Shown: positions 27,755-37,860 of the stretch, in pieces
Position numbering within the stretch: the first letter of the stretch is position 1
How the letters are laid out: every line of letters starts with the position of its first letter
Assembly (NCBI GenBank): GCA_028716945.1
Contig: JAQUOT010000001.1
Location: 187,927 to 251,926, forward strand
Direction of reading: 5' to 3'
DNA length: 64,000 bases
Source of the DNA: Candidatus Nanoarchaeia archaeon
Lineage (GTDB): Archaea > Nanobdellota > Nanobdellia > SCGC-AAA011-G17 > JAFCDX01
Position numbers and translations under genes: made by a program
Notes under the pieces: generated by a model
The model's database searches: none
What the model saw: the letters and a program-made list of their open reading frames with translations, nothing else
What the model was told of the DNA's origin: nothing

Positions 27755-28144
27755 ATGTCTAAACAAAAGGGGAGTAGAGCAGAAAGAGAGCTTCTTCATA
27801 TGTTATTTGATGAATCTTTCCATGTGGTTCGTTCTGCAGGTTCGGGATCTATAGGATTACCAAATCCAGATTTAATAGCTGGAAGAGATGGAAGAATTCT
27901 AGCTATAGAATGTAAATCTCTCAAAAATACAAGTAAATACTTTAAAGAGCAAGAAATAAAAGAATTAAAACAATTTTCTAAGAAATTTGGTGCAGAAGCT
28001 TGGTTAGGAATAAGATTTGATAATATTGGTTGGTTTTTTATACATCCTGATAAATTAAACAAAACTAAATCTAATTATTATGCAATTTCATTAGAAGAAT
28101 TAAAAGAGAAAGGTTTAAATTTCAAGGAGCTAATCAAAAAGTAA
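27755..28144 (+). CDS. hjc: Holliday junction resolvase Hjc
   Basis: ...KGSRAERELLHML...VVRSAGSG...PDLIAGRDGRILAIECKS... (Hjc catalytic E/D/K pattern). Confidence 0.7.
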   Translation: MSKQKGSRAERELLHMLFDESFHVVRSAGSGSIGLPNPDLIAGRDGRILAIECKSLKNTSKYFKEQEIKELKQFSKKFGAEAWLGIRFDNIGWFFIHPDKLNKTKSNYYAISLEELKEKGLNFKELIKK

Positions 28145-28145
28145 G

Positions 28146-28532
28146 ATGGTAGATTTAACACAAAGAGGAATTAAGAATATTATAAGGTATTCTGGATTAA
28201 AAGACTTAAATTTACAAGAACAAACCATTCTAAAGAACATTGCTGAAACTGAATATGAAAGAATACATAGAATGTTATCTGGAAATGTTATGGATTTGTT
28301 ATTAAATGTTAAAGTTCATGAAAAAGGTGGAAAGAAAAAATATAGTGTTCATACCAAAATTGTTGGTGCTTCTGATGTAATAACTTCTGAAGCATTTGGA
28401 TGGGATATAAAAACCGTTACAAGAGATTCTATTATAAAATTAGGAAATAATATTAAAAAACAATTCAAAGAAGAAGGAAGAAAGTGGCCAAGAGGCATGA
28501 AAGAGTTAATAAGAAGATTTTGGAATAAATAA
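28146..28532 (+). CDS. Hypothetical protein (128 aa) in an operon with hjc
   Basis: ORF starts 2 nt after the hjc stop. No motif recognised. Confidence 0.35.
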   Translation: MVDLTQRGIKNIIRYSGLKDLNLQEQTILKNIAETEYERIHRMLSGNVMDLLLNVKVHEKGGKKKYSVHTKIVGASDVITSEAFGWDIKTVTRDSIIKLGNNIKKQFKEEGRKWPRGMKELIRRFWNK

Positions 28533-28533
28533 G

Positions 28534-28746
28534 ATGTGGAGTATAGACGCTTTATTAAATAGTATAGCAACTGATGCTGTTGAAGAAGGATCAAGAGACC
28601 ACTTTTATGATGAAGCAAGCAATAGAGAATTTATTCCTGAAAATCCAGAAAGATATAAAACAGATAAAAAGTCTAATCTTCCACCAATAAACTTTGATCT
28701 TGAACTTATTCGCGGCTCAGATGGGCATTTGTATTGGGTAGAATGA
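28534..28746 (+). CDS. Hypothetical small protein (70 aa)
   Basis: Tight spacing between neighbours. 3' end overlaps the next gene. Confidence 0.3.
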   Translation: MWSIDALLNSIATDAVEEGSRDHFYDEASNREFIPENPERYKTDKKSNLPPINFDLELIRGSDGHLYWVE

Positions 28747-29744
28747 AAGAAGCTCTATTCTATAAAAAATTAAAGAATAAAATAGTTCAATGTCAATTAT
28801 GCCCTAATTTTTGTGTTTTAAAAGAAAATGAACCTGGAAAGTGCCTTGCTAGAAAGAATATTTCTGGAAAATTAATATCTTTGTCTTATGGAAAACCTAT
28901 TGCAATGAATATAGACCCAATTGAGAAAAAACCTTTCTTTCATTTTATGCCTGGAGAAAAAGTATTTTCTATTGGGACAGCGGGTTGTACATTTAAATGT
29001 TTAAACTGCCAAAATTTTGATATAAGTCAGATAAGTCCAGAAGATATTTCAACACAATTTGTTTCTCCAGAAGAAATAATTGATAAAGTTAAAAAATCTG
29101 GATGTAAAATTATTGCTTATACTTATTCTGAACCAACAACAATGTTTGAATATATGTTAGATATTTGTAAACTAGCAAAGAAAGAAAAAATAAAAAATGT
29201 TTTTGTAAGTAATGGATATATTAATGAAAAACCTTTACAAGAACTATGCAAATACATTGATACAGCAAATATCGATTTAAAATCAATAAATAATGAATTT
29301 TATGAGAAAATTTGCTCTGGAAAATTAGAACCAGTATTAAAAGCATTGAAAATATTACATAAAAATAAAGTTTGGATTGAAATTACAAATTTAATAATCC
29401 CAAGATTGAATGATTCTTCAAAAGACATTGAAAAATTGTGTAAATGGGTTAAAAATCTGGATAAAAACATTCCAATTCATTTTTCAAGATTCTTTCCAAT
29501 GTATAAATTATTAAATAAACCAGAAACCCCTAATAAAACACTTGAAAATGCTTATAAAATAGCAAAGAAACAAGGATTAAAGTATATTTACATTGGAAAC
29601 TTAGAAACCGATAAAGAAAATACCTATTGTCCTAAATGTAATTCATTATTGATAGAAAGAAATAGATACCAGATAATAAAAAATAATATAAAGGGAGATA
29701 AATGTTATAATTGTAATGCAAAAATACCAGGTGTTTTTAATTAG
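28734..29744 (+). CDS. AmmeMemoRadiSam-system radical SAM enzyme (AmrS-like)
   Basis: N-terminal C-x2-C-x3-C...C cluster (CQLCPNFC...GKC) and the radical-SAM motif GTAGCTFKCLNCQN. Confidence 0.6.
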   Translation: MGRMKEALFYKKLKNKIVQCQLCPNFCVLKENEPGKCLARKNISGKLISLSYGKPIAMNIDPIEKKPFFHFMPGEKVFSIGTAGCTFKCLNCQNFDISQISPEDISTQFVSPEEIIDKVKKSGCKIIAYTYSEPTTMFEYMLDICKLAKKEKIKNVFVSNGYINEKPLQELCKYIDTANIDLKSINNEFYEKICSGKLEPVLKALKILHKNKVWIEITNLIIPRLNDSSKDIEKLCKWVKNLDKNIPIHFSRFFPMYKLLNKPETPNKTLENAYKIAKKQGLKYIYIGNLETDKENTYCPKCNSLLIERNRYQIIKNNIKGDKCYNCNAKIPGVFN

Positions 29745-30855
29745 TATCTTTATAATTTTGTTTTCTAGTACAGTTCTTGCTGAATTAAGGATAAATGAAG
29801 TAGTATACAACCCTTTAGGAAAAGATAATTACAAGGAATTTGTAGAAATTTACTCTGATGAACCAATTAATCTAACAAATTGGACTATTTCAGATGGAGA
29901 TTCTGAAGATATTTTAAAAAAATTGAATGATATTGATTCAAATTACGCATTAATTGTAGAAACAGATTATATTTTAAACATTCCAGAAAATGTTGCTTTA
30001 TATTCTGCAGGTGCTTCAATAGGAAATGGTTTAAGTGAAGATGATAAAGTAACTTTATATGATTCATATAAAAAAGAAATTGCTTCAATGCAGATATTTA
30101 AAATAGATGAAGGATATTCTTTAGAATTTTTTGAAAATAATTATTATAAATCATTAAATTTAAATGGAACACCCGGTTCTGAAAATTCTATAAAAGAAAT
30201 TCCAAAAGAAGAACCAGAAGAAGAGATTGAAAATGAAAGTTCAGAAGAAGAAAAAGTTGATACAACAAATTTAGATCAAGAATCCACAATAGAAATAACA
30301 AAATATCCGGAAAAAATAGGATTTGGAGAAAATATCTCTATAGAAATTAATGTTTATAGAGGTTCTACAGCAAAATATGCAGTTTATTTTTATGTGGGTA
30401 AAGACAATAAAACTTTAATAACTAATAAAATTTCTGAGCATGCACGTATAAAATATATGAATTATACCTTTAATTTTACAATCCCTTTGAAATCTAATTG
30501 TAAAGATAAATATGAACCAGGAAAGTACTATATTTTTGTAGAAGGGCTTGAATTAAAAGAAAATAAAGAAATAGAGGTTTCTGAAGATACCCATTGTAAA
30601 ACCCTAGAAAATACCACTAATACCCCTTTAAAACAAGAATTAACGACAGAACAACAGATAGAAGAAGATATTCAAACCAAAACAGAAAGTAATATAAATA
30701 CCAATCCTGAAAAAGTTACTGGAAATGTTATTTATGAGTCTTCGGATTTTAAAGCCAAGAGATTATCAATATATTTCCTATGTGTAATACTAATATTACT
30801 TGTAATATTTTTATTTGCGAGAAAAAATGAAACTAAAGATCAAAGCAATAATTGA
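29716..30855 (+). CDS. Surface protein with lamin-tail-domain (LTD) and C-terminal TM anchor
   Basis: Signal peptide; LRINEVVYNPLGKDNYKEFVEIYSDEPINLTNWTISDG (LTD signature); C-terminal TM helix LSIYFLCVILILLVIFLF. Confidence 0.5.
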   Translation: MQKYQVFLISIFIILFSSTVLAELRINEVVYNPLGKDNYKEFVEIYSDEPINLTNWTISDGDSEDILKKLNDIDSNYALIVETDYILNIPENVALYSAGASIGNGLSEDDKVTLYDSYKKEIASMQIFKIDEGYSLEFFENNYYKSLNLNGTPGSENSIKEIPKEEPEEEIENESSEEEKVDTTNLDQESTIEITKYPEKIGFGENISIEINVYRGSTAKYAVYFYVGKDNKTLITNKISEHARIKYMNYTFNFTIPLKSNCKDKYEPGKYYIFVEGLELKENKEIEVSEDTHCKTLENTTNTPLKQELTTEQQIEEDIQTKTESNINTNPEKVTGNVIYESSDFKAKRLSIYFLCVILILLVIFLFARKNETKDQSNN

Positions 30856-31228
30856 AATAGCAGGTTTTCCAGAGGAACACATAAAAAAAGTAATGAATGA
30901 AGTAATGGAAAACTTGGAAAAAGAAAAAGGAATACAAGTTATCACAAAAGATGTAGCAGAAGTAAAAAAAGTACAAGAGACATTATGGAGTACTTTTGCT
31001 GATCTTGAATTACAATTAGATGATATGGAAGTGTTAACAAATTTTTGCTTTAATTATATGCCTTCATCTGTAGAAATAATAGAACCATTAAAACTTGATG
31101 GAGAAATAAAACCTATAGAAAATATGATAAATGATTTGTTAGCTAGATTACATAATTTTACTATGTATTTAAAGAATTTACAAGCAGAAAATATTTTACT
31201 TAAAAAACAATTAGAAGAAAGAAAATAA
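30815..31228 (+). CDS. Hypothetical cytoplasmic protein
   Basis: 137-aa ORF overlapping the end of the upstream gene. Likely start is MKLKIKAI. Confidence 0.3.
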   Translation: MREKMKLKIKAIIEIAGFPEEHIKKVMNEVMENLEKEKGIQVITKDVAEVKKVQETLWSTFADLELQLDDMEVLTNFCFNYMPSSVEIIEPLKLDGEIKPIENMINDLLARLHNFTMYLKNLQAENILLKKQLEERK

Positions 31229-32527
31229 AGATTTTTTCTGTTTTTTTGCCTTTCTTGCTTTATAATAAATTATGAAAGAAACTGCTACAACAAAAAATAT
31301 CCCTAAGAGAGCTAATACTCTTCCAGTATTTAGTTGAGTTTCAGTTTTATAAGAGATTTCTGATTTATTTGCAAAAATATCTTCATTTTTGGGTATAATT
31401 GTAGTTTTATTGGTTGTTCCTTCTGGTTCTTTGTAAAAATAAACATAAACCGGAATCTGTAATTTTGTATTTTCATATTCTAAAATTATAGCCCCTTCAT
31501 AATTTCTATATAAAGATTTGTCTTCATTTATCCGAACATATTGCTTTTTAATTTCTCCAGGAATTATAACATCAAAATTAGAAGTGTTTAATTTAACTAT
31601 ATCTTGTAAATTTCCTGTCACATAAAATTTAATATTTGTAATATTTTTTGTAAAAGTATTTTTAAATCTTAGTTCTCCTCTTCTTGTTTCTTCTTTAGCC
31701 AAACTAAAATTTATTTTACTTATAGAATCTACAAATTGTATTGCATTCTCCGGAGTTTTTTCTATTAAAAAAGTGTTTGTAAAATTAATTACTGGTTTGA
31801 TTATAGCTGTTATTATATTTGTTTTGTTGGCGGGAATAGTTATATTGCTCTTAACTGGAATAATTGTTTTATTAACAACCACTATTTCTTTCTTTGTTGT
31901 TAATATTGGAAGATTATATTCTTTATTATTATATTTTATGTTTAATGTTTTATATCCTGGTTCTGTAAAAGAAACAGATACTTGTTTTAACATCCCTGAA
32001 TTTAAAATAAAATTATTATAATTTAAGGTTCCATTTCCTTCTTTAAATTGCAAAGTAATGTTGGTTGAATTTTTTCCATTGTTTTTTATATTTAAATTAA
32101 AACTAGTTGAACTGTCTAAATTTAAATTTAATGCAGCCGGTTCTATAGAGATTATAGGCTCTTCTCTGAATTTTAAATTAAAATTTATTGCTTCCGTAGA
32201 AGATTTTAAAAGTCCATTTTCTAAATAGGTATATTCTCTTAATTTAAACTTGTATGAAGGAGCATCAAAGGTATTTGGTATTTTAAAATATATATAATAC
32301 AGGTTTGGAGTAAATTTTACTATATAGAAAGGGGCTGCAATATTTCTATCTTCATTGTCATATAAACTTAAATCAGAAACTCCAATAGAAGAGGAGGGAG
32401 CATTTTCAAACTGCAATTTAATTAAAACAGTTTCGTCTGTAGAATAAATATTTCGTTCTATGTTTATTGCAGAATTTACTAATGGAAACATAAATACGAA
32501 TAATACCAGAATAATAAATTTTTTCAT
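31211..32527 (-). CDS. Secreted beta-rich surface protein with C-terminal TM anchor and basic tail
   Basis: Signal peptide MKKFIILVLFVFMFPLVNSA, Asn/Thr-rich body, TM helix ALLGIFFVVAVSFIIYY, tail KARKAKKQKK. Confidence 0.4.
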   Translation of the reverse strand: MKKFIILVLFVFMFPLVNSAINIERNIYSTDETVLIKLQFENAPSSSIGVSDLSLYDNEDRNIAAPFYIVKFTPNLYYIYFKIPNTFDAPSYKFKLREYTYLENGLLKSSTEAINFNLKFREEPIISIEPAALNLNLDSSTSFNLNIKNNGKNSTNITLQFKEGNGTLNYNNFILNSGMLKQVSVSFTEPGYKTLNIKYNNKEYNLPILTTKKEIVVVNKTIIPVKSNITIPANKTNIITAIIKPVINFTNTFLIEKTPENAIQFVDSISKINFSLAKEETRRGELRFKNTFTKNITNIKFYVTGNLQDIVKLNTSNFDVIIPGEIKKQYVRINEDKSLYRNYEGAIILEYENTKLQIPVYVYFYKEPEGTTNKTTIIPKNEDIFANKSEISYKTETQLNTGRVLALLGIFFVVAVSFIIYYKARKAKKQKKSLFSFF

Positions 32528-32532
32528 AATTA

Positions 32533-34542
32533 TTACTTGCCTAATAATTTTTTTGCTTCTGCTAATGATTTTTCTAATTCATCATCTACGCTTTTTTCTC
32601 TAGCAGATTTTTTTGGTGCAGCTTGTGTAGAGAAAGCAGGTAGTTGCCTTGCAGGCATTTGTTTTGGTCTTATTAATTCTGCACTGGGTCTAGGTCTTGT
32701 TGATAAATATTCCTCAAAACTTGGTTTCTTTTTTTTACCAAATTTAGCACCTAAATCTCCTGTAAAATCTTTAAAAGTTTTTCCTTTTTTAACATAATTT
32801 AAATAATAATAAGCTAAAAACATTAATAAAATTATCGCAATAATTATAATAATTATCCAAGGCCATATGCTTCCTTCTTCTGTAGTTGTTGTAGTTTCTT
32901 TTTCTATACAATCGCAACCAATACACTCGTATCCATCATCACAATCATAATCTGTAATACAATCATCACTAGAAGTACACTCTTCGGTTATGTCTGTAGA
33001 TAATTCACAACTACAACCAGCACTACACTCATATCCAACATCGCAACTACCTTCTTCACAAGCATCTCCAGCACTTAAAGAACATTCTCCCGTAGGTTCT
33101 GTTATAGTGGTTGTTCCACAAGTACAAGTTCTAAAATCACAAGTTCCAGTTTCACAAGCTAAATTAGGACCACACTCTACTGAATAATCATTACATAAAC
33201 AAGCATTATCATTTGAACAATCATTATCATAACAATCAACAAAAGTATCATTATCATTATCTATATTATCATTACAAACAGTTTCTATAGAGAGAGTAGC
33301 ATTTCCTCCTGTCTCTTCATTAGTTACTTCTTCTATATCTTCTTCACTTAAAGTAATAGAACTTTCTTTAAATCCTCCTGACAAAGCTATCAAAGCGGAG
33401 GCAGTATCTAAAATTTTATCATTCCAATTATGTTTTTTATTATTATATTTTAGAGTTAACCATTTTGTAGCATTTATGTAAGAGTCTGCATCATCTGGGG
33501 ATTGTATCATAGCTATTGCCCCAATCGAAGTAATATATACATCATCTAACCAAGAACCAGAAGATTTCTGATGTTCTTTCAACCAGTTAGAATAATAATC
33601 ACTTTCTGGAGTTACTAAATATAATAAAGATCTATGTAATGCATTTGTATCTTTATTTTCTTCTAGATAAGGTAAAGTGTTTACTTCTTCTCCGGCAATT
33701 GCTTTTAAAGCCCAAGTAGCATATAAAGTACTTTCATAATCACAAGTTCCTACTCCAGAAGCTATTGCAAAGCAAGCATTTTCTATTGTTAAAGTTGTTT
33801 TTTGTGTTTGTTCATCATGTAACAAATAATCTTCTGTAAAACCCGGTCTAACAATATGATATAATAAAGTAACACGTAAAGATTGATCTCCAACATTTAC
33901 ACAATCTATATCATATTTTTTAAATTTTTTATTCCCTATGGGCCCACATAAACTATCTGCATTTATCCAAGGTTTTGTTGGTCCAACTTCTACAGGTTTT
34001 GCAACAGTAGAACCTTCACAAGTTATTTGACAAGTACCATCTACACTAGAAGTAAATTGTATAATCCAACTACCGGCGGTTGCACCAGAAGCTATTTCCA
34101 TATTTTTAAGCCAGGTTGCAGTTTTATTAATATCTTGACCAGTTTTACCTAAAGCCAACAAAGCCAAAGCAGTATCTTTAACCTTACAAGAAGTTTTTGG
34201 AAAACATCCTCTTACCGAACTTTTATTTAATAATTTTAAAATACCTTGTTTAACCTCCGAATTATACTCTCCAAAGTTATTTATAGCCAATAACGAAAAT
34301 GTTAATTCAGGTATAGGTTTATTCCAAGAAGCATTTTTCATAGAATTTAATAACCAAGCATTCGCAACAGTATAATCTGTAATAGTTCCTTCTTCTGTAG
34401 CATTATCTATATCTTCTGCAAGGCATATAAAACTAGATATTATAAGTAAACTGGCTATTAAACACGTTAATCTTGGTAAACTCATCAAAGCACCTCTAAA
34501 ATAGTTTAATAGTAATATATTTAAAAAACTTTCTATTAGCAT
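32533..34542 (-). CDS. Large surface protein (helical repeat N-domain, Cys-rich acidic stalk, TM helix, long basic cytoplasmic tail)
   Basis: Signal peptide; repeated ...A(L/I)(L/A)AL...G/W segments suggest an alpha/alpha-toroid-like domain; Cys/Asp-rich stalk; TM helix WPWIIIIIIAIILLMFLAYYYL. Confidence 0.4.
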   Translation of the reverse strand: MLIESFLNILLLNYFRGALMSLPRLTCLIASLLIISSFICLAEDIDNATEEGTITDYTVANAWLLNSMKNASWNKPIPELTFSLLAINNFGEYNSEVKQGILKLLNKSSVRGCFPKTSCKVKDTALALLALGKTGQDINKTATWLKNMEIASGATAGSWIIQFTSSVDGTCQITCEGSTVAKPVEVGPTKPWINADSLCGPIGNKKFKKYDIDCVNVGDQSLRVTLLYHIVRPGFTEDYLLHDEQTQKTTLTIENACFAIASGVGTCDYESTLYATWALKAIAGEEVNTLPYLEENKDTNALHRSLLYLVTPESDYYSNWLKEHQKSSGSWLDDVYITSIGAIAMIQSPDDADSYINATKWLTLKYNNKKHNWNDKILDTASALIALSGGFKESSITLSEEDIEEVTNEETGGNATLSIETVCNDNIDNDNDTFVDCYDNDCSNDNACLCNDYSVECGPNLACETGTCDFRTCTCGTTTITEPTGECSLSAGDACEEGSCDVGYECSAGCSCELSTDITEECTSSDDCITDYDCDDGYECIGCDCIEKETTTTTEEGSIWPWIIIIIIAIILLMFLAYYYLNYVKKGKTFKDFTGDLGAKFGKKKKPSFEEYLSTRPRPSAELIRPKQMPARQLPAFSTQAAPKKSAREKSVDDELEKSLAEAKKLLGK

Positions 34543-34546
34543 TTAT

Positions 34547-35164
34547 ATGATTTTTAAGGAAATAAAGGCATTAAAAGTCAAAAACATCGAATATTTAGCT
34601 CAAGGAAAGAGATCTATAATATATACTGGAATTTTTAGAAATAAAAAAGTTGCAATTAAAACTGAAAAACCAGGAATAAGCGCTAAAGATAGAATTTTAA
34701 ATGAAGCTAAATTTCTTAAAATAATTAACAAATATAAAATTGGACCAAGATTAATCACTTCTAGAAAAAAATTTATGATCTATGAGTTTGTAAAAGGAAG
34801 ATTTATTCTTGATTCTTTTCCTGAAAAGAGTAAAAAAGAGATTTTAAAACTAATTAAAAACGTTTTAGAGCAATGTTTTATTTTAGATAAATTAAAAATT
34901 AATAAACTTGAAATGCATCATCCCATAAAACACATAATCATCGATAAAAAACCTGTTTTAATAGACTTTGAAAGAAGTTATTTAACAAATAATCCAAAAA
35001 ATGTAACTCAATTCTGCCAGTTTATTATGTCTCATCCTTTGATTGACATTTTAAATAATAAAAAAATAAAAATTGATAGAAATAATTTCATAAATATTGT
35101 AAAAGAATATAAAAGAGATAAAACTAAAAATAATTTAAAAAAAATAAAAAAAGAAATAAATTAA
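34547..35164 (+). CDS. Small Bud32/RIO-like protein kinase
   Basis: Gly-rich loop region ...LAQGKRSIIYTG..., VAIK lysine, about 200-aa kinase core, as in the KEOPS Bud32 subunit. Confidence 0.4.
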   Translation: MIFKEIKALKVKNIEYLAQGKRSIIYTGIFRNKKVAIKTEKPGISAKDRILNEAKFLKIINKYKIGPRLITSRKKFMIYEFVKGRFILDSFPEKSKKEILKLIKNVLEQCFILDKLKINKLEMHHPIKHIIIDKKPVLIDFERSYLTNNPKNVTQFCQFIMSHPLIDILNNKKIKIDRNNFINIVKEYKRDKTKNNLKKIKKEIN

Positions 35165-35895
35165 ATTAATCTACATGGCCTATTGCTTCTGTAAAACTGT
35201 CCTTGTGCATTTACACAAACATATGCATTACCGCCATTTGGTTTAGCCAAACTAGTAACTTTTAAACTATTGGTTTCACAAGTATTATCTGCATTACAAG
35301 AATTTGCTCTTACTTCTTCCAAAGTTTCTATATTTGTTGCACCTAACAAACCTTTAATTCCTGAAACGGCTGCATAAACTTCTTCATAAGTTATTAAAGC
35401 GTCCTTATTTGTATCTACAGAATTACAAAAGTCTGAACTAAATCCATACCCAATACAATCCTCTATTGAAATAGATTTTGTATAAGTATTAGAAACTTGT
35501 CCGAGAAGATTATTTGCTGCAGATAAATCAGGAATTTCTAATATTCCGTTTCCATCTGAATCATACAAAGTAATTCCAGCTATCTTACTTTTAATATAGT
35601 CATAAGCATATTGTGCTTCGGCAACAGTAATGTGATTATCATTATTTATATCTACCGAATTACAAAAGTTTAGACTTCTTTTTTCTGCACAATTATTAAC
35701 TAAAATAAATTGTACATTGGTATTATAAACCTGTCCAAGAAGACTAGTTGCTACACTTAAATCTGGAATTTCTAATATTCCGTTTCCATCTGAATCAAAT
35801 GGAACTGCTACTGCTTTTCCAGTATAACTAGCACCTATAATAAAAAGTGCTACCAATACTAAAACAATCGATAAGATTATAGTATTTCTTTCCAA
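35161..35895 (-). CDS. Secreted protein with two dockerin-like Ca-binding repeat modules
   Basis: Twice DSDGNGILEIPDLS...LLGQV...CNSVD(I/T)N(N/K)D...IT..E (D-x-D-G-N-G EF-hand-like dockerin signature) after a signal peptide. Confidence 0.45.
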   Translation of the reverse strand: MERNTIILSIVLVLVALFIIGASYTGKAVAVPFDSDGNGILEIPDLSVATSLLGQVYNTNVQFILVNNCAEKRSLNFCNSVDINNDNHITVAEAQYAYDYIKSKIAGITLYDSDGNGILEIPDLSAANNLLGQVSNTYTKSISIEDCIGYGFSSDFCNSVDTNKDALITYEEVYAAVSGIKGLLGATNIETLEEVRANSCNADNTCETNSLKVTSLAKPNGGNAYVCVNAQGQFYRSNRPCRLI

Positions 35896-35955
35896 AATTT
35901 TTCACCTCCTTTTAAATTTAATATTAAGTATTGATACATTTTACTATATAAATGT

Positions 35956-37266
35956 TTATTTTTTATTCTTTTTAGAATCTTTTCTCATTCTTGATTTTCT
36001 TATAGCATAATTTACAGGATTTTTTATCATTTTACATAATCCATCAGGCACACAAATCGCCATGCTTTTATAATAAGCAGGATTATCACAATTAGCAGGT
36101 AAAATGATGTTAGATTGTTTTTTAGACCATTCTAACTGAGATTTAGCATAACCTTCTCTTAAAGGTTCATAATTTTTCTTATTCCACTCATTCAAAGTTT
36201 TCTCAATTTTATCCAAAGGCCAATTGCAATGCCTTAAAAAATTAATTAAAATGAAAACTGCTCTTTTTCTTCCATCTTCTTTTAATCCTTTTAATAATAA
36301 TTTAATACAGGGAGGAAAATCTTCTTCTAAAATCTCATCTGTAGAGTTTTCATAAGTTTTCTTTTCTAATATTTTAACATCGGCTTTTTGGTTTTTCATG
36401 TTCCAATCATAAGATTGTAATAATAAATTTCTTGCACTTTCTTTGGTAACATTTTCCATATCTAAAAATATTAATTTAACTTTTACATTTTCAATTTTTG
36501 CATCTTCTAGTTTGAAAGTTCTTAATGCTTCTTTAGTTGGATTTAAAGGAATACTAACTAAATTAGATTTTTCATTTATAGAATATGGAGCACGAAACAT
36601 ATGCCTTGAAGAAATTAAAACAGAATCTATATCTACAATAGAATAAGGATCAAATTTTCCCTCTTTAACTAAATCTTTCATATGTTTAGTAAATTTTAGA
36701 GAAAGTTTATCTAAAGAATAAATCTTTAAAATCCTTTCAGTTAAAAAAGGTTTTATCATTTCTTTCAGGTAATTTGCAACTATTCTAACTAATTCTGGAA
36801 ATAATAATCTTGTTTGTTTTCCATTTAATTGTTCAGGAAAAGATTCATAAGGTATTCCTATATGAAATCCATGATTACCTGAAAATTTCAAGGAGATATC
36901 TTTTACATCATGAAAGATTAATGCTTCTAATAATAATTCTGCAGTAATTCTTGATATTTCTACATCTTTACAATCTATATCTAATAATAAATCCCACCCA
37001 CTTCTATTTTCATCTAATTCTCTTTTATTCATTCCAGGTTTTAATTGTAAGGGATCATGCCACCTTTCTTCTGAAATATGAAAAGAAGTCATTCCTTTTT
37101 TAACTAAATCATCTATATCTCCAGGAAAATTGATTGTATCTGGTCTTTTACCTCTCACATCAGAAAACCAGGCTTGCACTTCCCTATTTTGTGCTATCTT
37201 TAATAATTCATCTTTTACATCTTTTCTAGAATAATATTCTCTTATTTTCTTATAATCCAATTGCAT
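35956..37266 (-). CDS. priS: DNA primase catalytic subunit PriS with C-terminal Cys-cluster domain (possible fused PriS-PriL-CTD)
   Basis: ...DLLLDIDCKD... and ...FSGNHGFHIGIPY... are PriS catalytic motifs. C-terminal about 120 aa carry spaced Cys (CIKLL...HCNW...ANCDNP...CVPDGLC). Confidence 0.6.
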   Translation of the reverse strand: MQLDYKKIREYYSRKDVKDELLKIAQNREVQAWFSDVRGKRPDTINFPGDIDDLVKKGMTSFHISEERWHDPLQLKPGMNKRELDENRSGWDLLLDIDCKDVEISRITAELLLEALIFHDVKDISLKFSGNHGFHIGIPYESFPEQLNGKQTRLLFPELVRIVANYLKEMIKPFLTERILKIYSLDKLSLKFTKHMKDLVKEGKFDPYSIVDIDSVLISSRHMFRAPYSINEKSNLVSIPLNPTKEALRTFKLEDAKIENVKVKLIFLDMENVTKESARNLLLQSYDWNMKNQKADVKILEKKTYENSTDEILEEDFPPCIKLLLKGLKEDGRKRAVFILINFLRHCNWPLDKIEKTLNEWNKKNYEPLREGYAKSQLEWSKKQSNIILPANCDNPAYYKSMAICVPDGLCKMIKNPVNYAIRKSRMRKDSKKNKK

Positions 37267-37309
37267 AGTTTTTATAGAAATTTTACGAGTTTAAATAGAT
37301 TATTATAAA

Positions 37310-37846
37310 CTAACTCTTCTTTATATTACTACAACAATTATAACAACTAGTATAACTACAACTATTACAAGTTTTAGTACAAGGAGTAGAACAACTAAAA
37401 ATAGCACAATTACTTGCTCCTCCGGAAGTAGGAGCACTTATTAATTTATTTACACAACTAAATGTAATGGTTTTACCAATCCCATCTAAATTTTTTTTAA
37501 CAGCAGGAGAACAAGTTTCAGTATATTTTGCTCCTTTTGCATTTATGTAAGTATAAGGTAAAACACTCCAAGTAATAGCTGCTCCTTTTCTTCCAGTAAC
37601 AGAAGTTAAACAACTAGTTTTACCAGTACAAGTTGCTAATTGTATATTTGAAGCATCAAGACCTTTACAAGTTTTAGAATTTAATGTATTTGAAAATTTA
37701 CAAGTTACTTTTTCACTAATAACATTTGTTGCTTCAAGCGTCCTTAAATTATCTTGAGAATTAAAACTAGATAATATATCAAATAAAAATAATCCTAATA
37801 CTGCAAAAAATAATACAACTAATAAAGTCTTTACCTCTTTTACCAT
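37310..37846 (-). CDS. Small secreted Cys-rich protein driven by the same promoter motif as the giant surface proteins
   Basis: Signal peptide, ...RTLEATN... segment also found in 1187..3832, C-terminal Cys/Ser/Thr-rich tail (CSTPCTKTCNSCSYTSCYNCCS). Promoter motif at 37861..37883. Confidence 0.45.
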   Translation of the reverse strand: MVKEVKTLLVVLFFAVLGLFLFDILSSFNSQDNLRTLEATNVISEKVTCKFSNTLNSKTCKGLDASNIQLATCTGKTSCLTSVTGRKGAAITWSVLPYTYINAKGAKYTETCSPAVKKNLDGIGKTITFSCVNKLISAPTSGGASNCAIFSCSTPCTKTCNSCSYTSCYNCCSNIKKS

Positions 37847-37860
37847 CAACTTATTAGAAT

